A stretch of 40,244 nt of DNA, taken from Bacteroidales bacterium. GTDB taxonomy: Bacteria; Bacteroidota; Bacteroidia; Bacteroidales; UBA12077. Numbering within the stretch: the first letter of the stretch is position 1; each line of letters opens with the position of its first letter. The stretch covers positions 1 to 40,244 of the forward strand of contig JANQHR010000153.1 of the NCBI GenBank assembly GCA_028282585.1. The letters run 5' to 3'. A program made the translations under genes and the position numbers. This document shows positions 8,488 to 17,500 of this stretch, one piece after another. The notes below the pieces were generated by a model. It saw only the letters and a list, made by a program, of their open reading frames with translations. It was not told the DNA's origin and did not search any database.

Positions 8488-8610
8488 ATTTGCCTTAATT
8501 GCAAAAAAGCTTACAGTCAACCCAATTTATCCGACCCTAATACTAATTTTTTAGTTTTTCATATTGAGGTTTCTATTAACTTGACAAGCACGGTGGCATT
8601 GGTGCCCAAC

Positions 8611-8646
8611 TTATAACAGCATTTCAAATAAAATTCGGGTGTTTGT
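8611..8646 (+). repeat. attC-like site S8, left arm only
   Basis: TTATAACAGCATTTCAAA is identical to the S2 start and is followed by CGGGTGTTTG. Loop and right arm are absent. Confidence 0.7.
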
Positions 8647-8814
8647 TATCGGACAATTTAATTATTTATTATTCTCAATAAATTGACAGTGTCTTTTGAA
8701 AAAGGTTTGGTAAGCATGACATGAAAATATTTTAGTATCCTAACACGCTTTTGCCCTGATAGGCAACGTGAAAACTACAATTAAACACTTTTAGCAACGG
8801 AGTGACCAAAACGT

Positions 8815-9747
8815 TTAATCATATTTTAAACTGATCTTCTTGGAACTTATTAGTTTAATGGTTTCAGTATTTACACTATTTTTAGATAAATCGATAGGAT
8901 TACCACCCAAGTTTATTAATGGGCTTTGGTTTATACCTTTTATCCACCAAACTTTATATGAAGTGTCCCTGAACGCGCCATTGTTAATTAATTTACCTAA
9001 AATTGAAATATCGGATACATTATTAAAACTAATATCCAAAATTGTAAGCTTATTCATATTTTGAATAGGACTAATGTCTTCAATAAAGTTATGATTAGCA
9101 ATAAGGTACTCAAGTTTTGTAAAATTTTGAATAGAAGTTAAATCTTTTATATTGTTTCGATTAATCCAGAGTCTTTCAATATTTCCTAATTTTGACAAAG
9201 AACTCAGATTTTCTACTTTATTATCGTAAAATTCTAAAACTCTTAATTTAAGCAAAGAGCTCAATGGACTTATGTCTGTTATTTCCTTAGTATTGTTTAA
9301 ATATAATCGTTCAAGATTTATACAGTTTTGTAGTGGTGTAATATCATAGATTGATGTGCCACTTGCAATAAAAACTTCTAATTTTTTTAAATATCCTACA
9401 GAACTAATATTCTTAATTTCCGGATTAAGAGCAATGTTCAAGTATTTTAGTGAAGTTAAATATTCAAGTTGTTTTATTTCAGAAAGATTGCAATTTTGTA
9501 ATACTAGTCTCTCAAGGTTTATACAATATTCTAATCCGTCTAATGACTGTAATTCAATTTCTTTAACCTCTAATTCTTTTAAATTCAGTAAATCTGATTT
9601 TTTCAATTTATGATTAGTAATTAACAATTGTTCTGAAATAATTTTCTCAAGTTGACCATCTAAACCTATTTTGTTAGAACAATTATTGAAAACTAAAACT
9701 GATATTAAGATAACTGTTATGAATAACAAGCGTTTTGAAAATCTCAC
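8815..9747 (-). CDS. Leucine-rich repeat (internalin-like) lipoprotein
   Basis: 22-aa LRRs (LERLYLNN..ITDISPLSSL) and N-terminal signal with NNC. GTG start. Confidence 0.85.
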   Translation of the reverse strand: MRFSKRLLFITVILISVLVFNNCSNKIGLDGQLEKIISEQLLITNHKLKKSDLLNLKELEVKEIELQSLDGLEYCINLERLVLQNCNLSEIKQLEYLTSLKYLNIALNPEIKNISSVGYLKKLEVFIASGTSIYDITPLQNCINLERLYLNNTKEITDISPLSSLLKLRVLEFYDNKVENLSSLSKLGNIERLWINRNNIKDLTSIQNFTKLEYLIANHNFIEDISPIQNMNKLTILDISFNNVSDISILGKLINNGAFRDTSYKVWWIKGINQSPLINLGGNPIDLSKNSVNTETIKLISSKKISLKYD

Positions 9748-9903
9748 AATGATTGTTTTTATTTATTTTGTTAAAGTAATTATAAATATTTTAATACAAC
9801 CTTATTTTATATCAAATAACAGAAGAAATAGATATAATTCTAAGTATTAACAAAAACTTTGGCAAAATAAACACTGTCAGAATTATTTTATTACTTCTGA
9901 AAT

Positions 9904-10260
9904 ATGAATAGAAAAATAAAATATTATAAGCGGTTTGATAAAACAGGAAGTTGCAAGAATTAACCCAAAAGCTCAAATAATTCTTTACGATTCTCGTGCT
10001 TATAGAAACGAAAGATCAGGTTCTGATTGGGATATTTTAACTGACTATCTTATTAAAATTACAAAAGAAAGACAGTTTCGCAATGCTCTTTATGAATTAG
10101 AACTTGAGACATGAGAATCATTTTCTGTATTTGTTTATTCAAAGAATGACTAGAGACAAAAAGGAGATTATGAAAACTTATAAATTTGACTCAAAATCTG
10201 TTCTTCCTTTATTTGATCTAGTTCTTGAAATGATTCAAGCCATAGAAAAAGAATTAAAAA
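9904..10260 (+). pseudogene. Decayed MNT (nucleotidyltransferase)-HEPN toxin-antitoxin pair fused by deletion
   Basis: One frame reads KAQIILYDSRAYRNERSGSDWDIL...ELELET*ESFSVFVYSKND*RQKGDYENL*, then after a frameshift FDSKSVLPLF...IEKELK. This is a broken GSxAxG..SDxD motif followed by the HEPN (UPF0332-type) RQxGDY motif. Confidence 0.7.
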
Positions 10261-10264
10261 CACT

Positions 10265-10290
10265 TTATAACATGGTTTCAATCTTAAGGC
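10265..10290 (+). repeat. attC-like site S9, left arm only
   Basis: TTATAACATGGTTTCAATCTTAAGGC versus S2 TTATAACAGCATTTCAAACTTAAGCC, directly after the HEPN remnant. Confidence 0.55.
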
Positions 10291-10440
10291 AAGGCCATTC
10301 TATACATAATACCATCCAGAATTTTCTAAATAGAAAACATTCCCTCTTACGCTAACGGACATTTGGAAAAAGAAACATTTTTAGTATAAGTTATCTTTTC
10401 TCTTTTTTATACCTTTATCCGGAATTGTTAAGAAATCTAA

Positions 10441-11193
10441 ATGAAACTCTTATTATCCGTTTTTTTTCTATTTATGTTTGGAATGCTTCAAGGGCAGACG
10501 GCATTTATAAACAGACCATCAAAGACGCAAAGCGCAACTGTTTTGGAAAAAGGAGTACTCCAAATGGAAAGTACTTATGAAATAGAAATTTTAGGTGAAC
10601 CCGATGAAAGGGAAACAGAAATATTATTTCCGGGAATAATGATAAGGTACGGTCTGGGATGGGGCGTTGAATTGAGATTTGCTAATCAATATGAAACGCT
10701 GAAGGATAATTTGGGATCTGTGGATGGATTTACAGATATGGAAATCGGAACTGAAATTCAATTATTCAAGAGAAACGATAAAAAAGCTGAAGTTGCGCTG
10801 ATGAGCCACCTCTTTTTACCAACCGGGAGTGATGGCATTTCGAATGAACGCATTGGAAACGAAACTCTTGTGCTTGTCTGGCACGAAATTACTGAAAAAA
10901 TAGGTATCGAATACAACATTGGATACAGTAATTTCGAAGATGATTCTAAAAAAGGAGATTTTGTCTATTCCTTTGTAACAGAATATGAAATCAATGACCT
11001 GTCGGGAGTTTTTGTTGAAACCTATGGTTACCTGATCGAACTTAACGAACTTGAAGCTAGTATTGACTTAGGGTTTGCATATCAGTTTACCGATAATTTC
11101 GAACTGGATCTGGCTTTCGGAACAGGCATAAATCATAAAATGCTTTTTGCAACGATAGGTTTGAGTTGGAGAATTGGAGAGGAAGAGGATTAA
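10441..11193 (+). CDS. Outer-membrane beta-barrel, MetA-pathway-of-phenol-degradation/transporter family
   Basis: Signal peptide, NRPSKTQSATV..GVLQME, RYGL..VELR, HLFLPTGS and C-terminal GLSWRI. Confidence 0.75.
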   Translation: MKLLLSVFFLFMFGMLQGQTAFINRPSKTQSATVLEKGVLQMESTYEIEILGEPDERETEILFPGIMIRYGLGWGVELRFANQYETLKDNLGSVDGFTDMEIGTEIQLFKRNDKKAEVALMSHLFLPTGSDGISNERIGNETLVLVWHEITEKIGIEYNIGYSNFEDDSKKGDFVYSFVTEYEINDLSGVFVETYGYLIELNELEASIDLGFAYQFTDNFELDLAFGTGINHKMLFATIGLSWRIGEEED

Positions 11194-11521
11194 AAAAACT
11201 ATTTTTTTGCTGAGGTTCAGATAAAAGAAAAGTTAGCTGAAATTTTTACAAGGTAATTGGATATACAAAAAGATGAAAAATTTACAATATGCTTTTCGGA
11301 AGTAACTATCATAATAAGTTTTTTATGCTCTCTTGTTAAGTGCTTAACGAAGATACAACTGAGAAAAATGTAAGTTTAGAAACGAAACAATAGTTTTACT
11401 TTAATATGTTGGACAGGATAAATTAAATCAATTGAATTCTGAATAGATTTTAATAAGAAAGTCTGAGGGTTTAGATAATATAATTGACATTTAAACAAAA
11501 ATATTTAAAGTAAAAAACGCC

Positions 11522-11651
11522 ATATAACAAAGCTTCAAATTAAGGCGGGTTTTATAATGGTCTTACAAAAATGCTATTTTTAGATTTTATTAAAGTGATA
11601 CTGAAACAATGCGGCAGTCCCTTAAAATAGGCTACTCGAAGAATGATATCC
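11522..11651 (+). repeat. attC-like site S10, degenerate, GAT-type
   Basis: ATATAAC..TTCAAATTAAGGCGGG left arm. GTGATACTGAAACAATGCGGC..TACTCGAAGAATGATATCC matches the S4 right half. Confidence 0.6.
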
Positions 11652-11759
11652 ACAAAATAATTTCAATAAAACATTTGTTTAAATAAAAAAATTAATTTAA
11701 TAGTATTTGTATTCTTATAATTAGGTAAATTTGAATTTATTACTAAAAAACTAATAATA

Positions 11760-13121
11760 ATGAAATTAAAAAATCTCTTCAACCTACTTATTTATTTATG
11801 CTTTACTTATTTATTAGCGTCTTGCCACGGTGAAGACAAGTATATAAACCAGTGGCCACAATTTAGAGGACCATATGCAAGCGGTATTGTGGAAACCAAT
11901 AGCTTGCCTGATAAATGGGATGTAAAAACTGGGGAGAATATCCGTTGGGAAACTGAAATTCCTGGCTTAGGACATTCATCACCAGTAATTTGGGATAATA
12001 AATTATTTATAACCACTGCCATAAATACTTCGGGTAATGATTCCCTAAAAGTGGGTTTATATGGCAATGTTGCAAATTACAAAGATTCAGTAATTAAAGA
12101 ATTCCGGTTAATTTGTATTGATAAAAACAACGGACAAATATTATGGAACAAATTAGCACATAAAGGAATCCCAAAAACAAAACGTCATACTAAAGCATCG
12201 CATGCTGATCCAACACCAGCCACAAATGGCAAATATGTAACTGCTTTTTTTGGTTCAAACGGTTTATATTGCTATACGATTGAAGGAGAATTGGTTTGGA
12301 AAAAAGACTTTGAAAAAATGAATGCGGGATATTTTCTCACCCCGGATATAGAATGGAATGTTTCAAGTTCGCCAGTTATATATGATAACACAGTAATAGT
12401 TCAGTGCGACATTTTAGAAAATAGCTTTTTGATGGCTCTAGATGTTGAAACTGGCGAAATCAAATGGCGAGTAGATCGTGACGAAGTTTCTTCATATGGT
12501 GCGCCTACGATTTATGAATATAATGGCATAAAGCAAGTTATTGTAAACGGATTTAAACATATTGGAGCTTATAACTTCGATAATGGTGAAGAAATATGGA
12601 AAATGAGTGGTGGTGGGGATATTCCTGTACCAACTCCGGTAGTTGGTGAAGGATTAATCTTTATACATAGTGCGCATGGTAAAAGTTCGCCCATATATGC
12701 TATTAGCCCCAGTGCAAAAGGAGATATTACTCTTGAAAAGGATAGCCTTACAAATGAATATATTCAATGGAGTATTAAAAGAGGCGCTGGTTATATTCCA
12801 ACAGGCTTTGTTTATGGTAAATATTATTACAATTTAGTAGGTTGGATTGGGCGCCTAACATGCTACGAGGCTAAAACGGGAAAGCAAATTTATCAGGAAA
12901 AGTTACCTGAAACAAGAGGCATTACAGCATCCGGAATTGCTTCAAATGGAAGGCTTTACTTTACATCTGAGCAAGGTGATGTGTATGTTGTAAAGGCAGG
13001 TGAGCATTTCGAAATTCTTGGACAAAATTCTTTACATGATATTGTTATGGCTACTCCAGCTATTTCCGATAATACATTATTTTTTAGAACACAAAATTCA
13101 TTAATTGCCGTGGGACAATAA
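11760..13121 (+). CDS. PQQ-binding-like beta-propeller lipoprotein
   Basis: Lipobox LASC, WPQFRGP, GHSSPVIW and repeated LxA/CxDxxTGExxW motifs. Confidence 0.9.
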   Translation: MKLKNLFNLLIYLCFTYLLASCHGEDKYINQWPQFRGPYASGIVETNSLPDKWDVKTGENIRWETEIPGLGHSSPVIWDNKLFITTAINTSGNDSLKVGLYGNVANYKDSVIKEFRLICIDKNNGQILWNKLAHKGIPKTKRHTKASHADPTPATNGKYVTAFFGSNGLYCYTIEGELVWKKDFEKMNAGYFLTPDIEWNVSSSPVIYDNTVIVQCDILENSFLMALDVETGEIKWRVDRDEVSSYGAPTIYEYNGIKQVIVNGFKHIGAYNFDNGEEIWKMSGGGDIPVPTPVVGEGLIFIHSAHGKSSPIYAISPSAKGDITLEKDSLTNEYIQWSIKRGAGYIPTGFVYGKYYYNLVGWIGRLTCYEAKTGKQIYQEKLPETRGITASGIASNGRLYFTSEQGDVYVVKAGEHFEILGQNSLHDIVMATPAISDNTLFFRTQNSLIAVGQ

Positions 13122-13493
13122 ATATATTAGAAATTTTAAGCAACAGGCCGTAAGCATGAGGAGCGCATTTTGGTCAAATTATACCATTTGTTTGAGCTTA
13201 CATGAGTGATCACCTAACAACCTACAAAGGACGAAGACAGGCGGAAAATGAACTAGGATCATTACAATTAAAAATTAATAGTAAAGGAAAGTCAAATGGA
13301 TAAACTATATTTTAAAATCAAAAAAGATCAATTTTAATAGTAATATACATTCTCTTGATTAATGGATATATTTTGGGTAAACTCCGGTTATGGTTCTTTG
13401 GAAATAACAAATAGGTTTAATACATAGTTAAAAAAATTTAAAGTATGGTTTTGCCATGAATCTTAAGATTCAAAATTTAAAACCCTAAAAACA

Positions 13494-14039
13494 ATGATTA
13501 CAAAAAGCCTACAGCCATGGATTTTAGCAGGATACGAAATATTTGCACTCGAAGGGCCAAATGCACTTAAGGTTGAAGTGCTTTCCCGAAAAGTAAATAA
13601 GAGTAAATCATCTTTCTACCATCACTTTGCTGACTTGGAAGTTTTCACCGAGTTCCTTTTAAAATATCATGTCGAAAGAGCTAAAATATTAGCAGAACTT
13701 GAAGGAAATTGTAAAGCTATTGATCCAGAATTAATAAACGTGATCGTTGACTGCAAACTGGATTTACTTTTTAACAGACGACTTAGAATAGATAGAACAA
13801 ATGAAGCATTTAGAGTATGCTTTGAAAAATCAAACTATCTGGTTGCCGAGGCGGTTATTAGTCTTTGGGCAAATGAACTCGGATTAACAAATGATAAAGG
13901 TTTGGCAAAACTTGTTTTTGGATTAGCGCTTGAGAACTTTTATCTTCAGATAACCGAAGAAACTCTAAATTATGAATGGTTATCAGAGTATTTCAATAAC
14001 ATAAGAAAAATGGTGGAAGGTTTAAAAAGAAATCAGTAA
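13494..14039 (+). CDS. TetR/AcrR family transcriptional regulator
   Basis: LKVEVLSRKVNKSKSSFYHHF HTH. Confidence 0.9.
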   Translation: MITKSLQPWILAGYEIFALEGPNALKVEVLSRKVNKSKSSFYHHFADLEVFTEFLLKYHVERAKILAELEGNCKAIDPELINVIVDCKLDLLFNRRLRIDRTNEAFRVCFEKSNYLVAEAVISLWANELGLTNDKGLAKLVFGLALENFYLQITEETLNYEWLSEYFNNIRKMVEGLKRNQ

Positions 14040-14129
14040 TCAATTGTACGGTAACGTCTAAAATCTGCGTTTTGTTTTCTTCAAATTTGCGTCATTAAGT
14101 TAATGATGTATAATTTAAAAAATAACAAA

Positions 14130-14471
14130 ATGAAGACTTTTCGTATTTATCTGATAATTCTATTTCTAACAGTAACAGTTTATACTATTATTACAGTTAC
14201 TAACCACGGGTGGAACCTAATCCCTATTTTCTTTAATGATATTGCAATTTTTAATTGGTCGGGGCAATTTAACTTCGACCTTTCATTATTTCTGACTTTA
14301 TCGGCTCTTTGGCTGGCTTGGCGAAATCATTTTACCGTAAAAGGTTTACTATTGGGATTATTAGGAGCTATTGGTGGTATGTTCTTTCTTTCAGCTTACT
14401 TATTTATAATGAGTTTCAAAGTAAATAATGATATTCGGATTTTATTAATGGGAGAAAAAAGAGGTAATTAA
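14130..14471 (+). CDS. Small membrane protein (hypothetical)
   Basis: Hydrophobic, with W.GQFN.D and LWLAWR motifs. Start may be 14103. Confidence 0.7.
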   Translation: MKTFRIYLIILFLTVTVYTIITVTNHGWNLIPIFFNDIAIFNWSGQFNFDLSLFLTLSALWLAWRNHFTVKGLLLGLLGAIGGMFFLSAYLFIMSFKVNNDIRILLMGEKRGN

Positions 14472-14508
14472 CAGTAGCAGAAAATCAACACTTAAACGGA
14501 TATAAATA

Positions 14509-14545
14509 AAGTTAGCTCACTTTCAATTGAAGAGTGAGCTAACTT
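14509..14545. terminator. Bidirectional terminator between convergent genes
   Basis: AAGTTAGCTCACT / AGTGAGCTAACTT perfect 13 bp arms. Confidence 0.75.
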
Positions 14546-14593
14546 ATTAATATTAAATATTTAAACGAATGAAATAGGTATTATAAAATAAAT

Positions 14594-17500
14594 TTATTCA
14601 CTTAAGAATACCTTCTCAGTTTTATATACTTTCCCATCATAAACATTTACAAAATAAAAACCCGGAACAACATTCAGTTTTAGAACCTCTTCCTTGTTAT
14701 AAATTGTAGTTTTTGCCACAACATTTCCAGATATATTGTAAACTGTTATAATTGCATCTGAATGTAGTTTGCCGAGTTTTACGTAAATATTATTTTTATA
14801 CGCATACAATACTATTTTTGAATCTTTATTACTTTCAATTCCTGATGTTATATCCTCTTTAAAAACGGCGACTAAAAAAGTATCTTGTAATACGTTATAA
14901 ATTGTAATAGGATTATCAATGCTTACATAATTTCCATCGTTATCCTGCCATTCTGAGAATAAGTATCCGTTATCAGCTATGGCTACAACAGATAATGCGT
15001 CTTCCCCTGTAGATATATATTGCAATGTATCGCCAAAAATACTTCCGTTTAGTCCCGCAGAAAATTTCACAGCATAATTTCTATGTGAAAAATAAGCTTT
15101 TAAATGACCATCTTCTCTTACTGTTACAATATACAGGTGACTTTCTTCTGATTGAATTAAACCGGAAGTAATATTTTCTTCCTGGTAAATTACGGAATCA
15201 ACCACATAACCGGCATTAGGTGTAATGGTATATGTTACCGAAGAATTATAACTTGCCATTAAGTTACTTATTTCTATAGTACCTTCTCCACTTGATACTT
15301 CTGAAGTAAAATAATAAGTATCTCTAAATATAGCTGTTAAGCTACTGTCTTTTGTCACATTAGTAACAATTAAAGGATTTTCACTAGTAATACTTTCACC
15401 CGCAGAAGACTGCCATTCATGGAATTGATAACCATCATCGGCTATTGCCGCCACGGATATGGCATCATCTCCTGCCATAATATATTGCAAAGTATCGCCG
15501 AATATACTTCCATGTGTACCCGCAGAAAAGCGTATTGCATAATTTTTAAATGAGAAATAAACTTTTAAATGACCATCTTCTGCAACTGTGACATTATAAT
15601 AGTAACTTTCTTCCGATTGGATTAAACCGGAAGTAACCTTATTATTTTGATAAAATATGGAATCTATTACATATCCTGCATCAGGTGTAATAGTATACAT
15701 TACAGAAGAGTTATAAGCAGCACTGACACTGCTAATATTTATTGAACCTTTTCCGGTTGCAATCTCTGAGGTAAAATAGTATATATTACTAAATATTGCC
15801 GTTAAACTGGTATCGTTTTCAACTTCTGTAACTGTTAATGGGTTTTCAGTTGTTAAGGTTTCACCATTTCCTGCTTGCCACTCAACAAAATAATAACCGG
15901 TATTTGGAATAGCTTCAACCTCCTGTGCATCGCATCCTATTCCAACCTTTTGTTTTGCATTGCCTGATAGTGCGCCATCACCCTGTACAAAAAAACTAAC
16001 ATTTACCATTTGCCATTGAAAAAATGGCCTTATAACAGAATCCAGTTGGCATTCAAACCCTATGTACCAGATTTCATCAAAATCCCAATCAATGAAATTA
16101 TCAATATTACTAAATAATGAAGAAATATATTCAGGAGCAGCCTGGCTATTATCATCGCTTCCAATACTATTACTTAACCCCGATGTTTCGGTGTCAATAT
16201 AGCACTTAACAACAGAAGAAGAAGAATTATTTCCTATAAAAGCCCCTGTACTTGTATTACCGGCCACCACTCCTGCAGAATAACTATAACTAATGGTTGA
16301 AGACGATGAATTATAACCTGTAAACCCACCTGTGTTTTCATTACCTGTTATATTAACCAATGAGTAACAATTAAAAACGGATGCTCCATGATTAAGACCA
16401 GTTAAACCTCCAGTATTAAGAACTCCGTTCACAGTTCCTGTAACATAGCACTCTTCAATTGCTGAATTTACATGAGAACCTACTAATCCACCTGTACGCT
16501 CATCACCTTCTACAATCCCATTTGAGAAGCAATCGCTAATATTTGTTGAAGTATATGAATACCCAAGCAATCCACCCACAGCCAGTGCTCCTGTTATTGA
16601 ATTGTTATCAAGTACTATATCAGACACTTCCGAACCGGTTACATAACCGGCTAAGCCACCTGTAAAATCATTTCCTTCCATTGAACTATTTACAATACCC
16701 ACATTATAAATTGTTGTTTGGCCTGAGTAACCTATTAAACCAGCAGTATAGTTATTGCCAGTAACCGAACAATTCTCAATTTTAATATTAGAAATTGTAT
16801 CCAAATATGTATAGCCAAATAGGCCTACGTAATCCTGCGATGGACGGTTTATGGTTAAATTATGAATGGTATAACCTTGCCCATCATAAGAACCCGTAAA
16901 TATGTTGGTGCTATTTCCAATAGGAATTAACCCTTTTCCTGCATTTAATGTATCCGAACCTGTTGCATCAATATCAGCGGTTTGGATATAGTGGCCTGTC
17001 CAAACCAAGGAATCTTCAGATGCGTAAATTAAATCTTCAAAATTATTTATTAACCAAGGATTTGTTCTTCTTCCTTCACCTTTTAACGGGGTATTTACAT
17101 AATAAGCTGCATCTCCGAAATAATAGGAGCCTGAAGTGTCAACTGCATAAGGCTGAATAATATATGCTCCATACTCTAAACTATGTAATGATTCTGAAAA
17201 TGTTCCTGCAACATCGCCAGGGCCTTCACTTTGGTATACCCAAATACTTGCTGTATCATACCTGAACCTGATTCCTGTTTCATTTATTTTTGTTTCATCA
17301 AATTCTAATACAAAAGCTTCTAAGGTATCATTTTGCACAATTCCATTGCTAATTGCTGCGGGTTGGTAATAAAAATAAGGCCGCCCATTGCTATTAGCTA
17401 CCCATGGTTGTTCATCACTTGAGCCATATGTAAATCCGGGCATAGAATCTACCTTAAAATCTTCTGCGGTGTAATCAACGGTATTTAACCCACTTTGATT

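Noticed and set aside
10104-10355. 83-aa ORF from the track as a real gene
   Set aside because: Chimeric frame: an off-frame MNT remnant, a HEPN tail and read-through across site S9.
11200-11520. Possible gene remnant before S10
   Set aside because: The frame checked has many stops, the track shows no ORF, and no motif is recognisable.
91-11651. CRISPR array or tandem repeat explanation for the intergenic repeats
   Set aside because: Repeats are 130-150 bp, divergent and separated by gene-sized intervals. No cas genes.
13135-13260. Possible eleventh site (AAGCAACAGGCCGTAAGCATGAGG) after the PQQ gene
   Set aside because: Only faint resemblance to the left arms. No right arm or convincing end pairing.
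14045-14060. TGTACGGTAACGTCTA as operator of the second TetR
   Set aside because: Single imperfect palindrome with no second copy found. Too weak to call.
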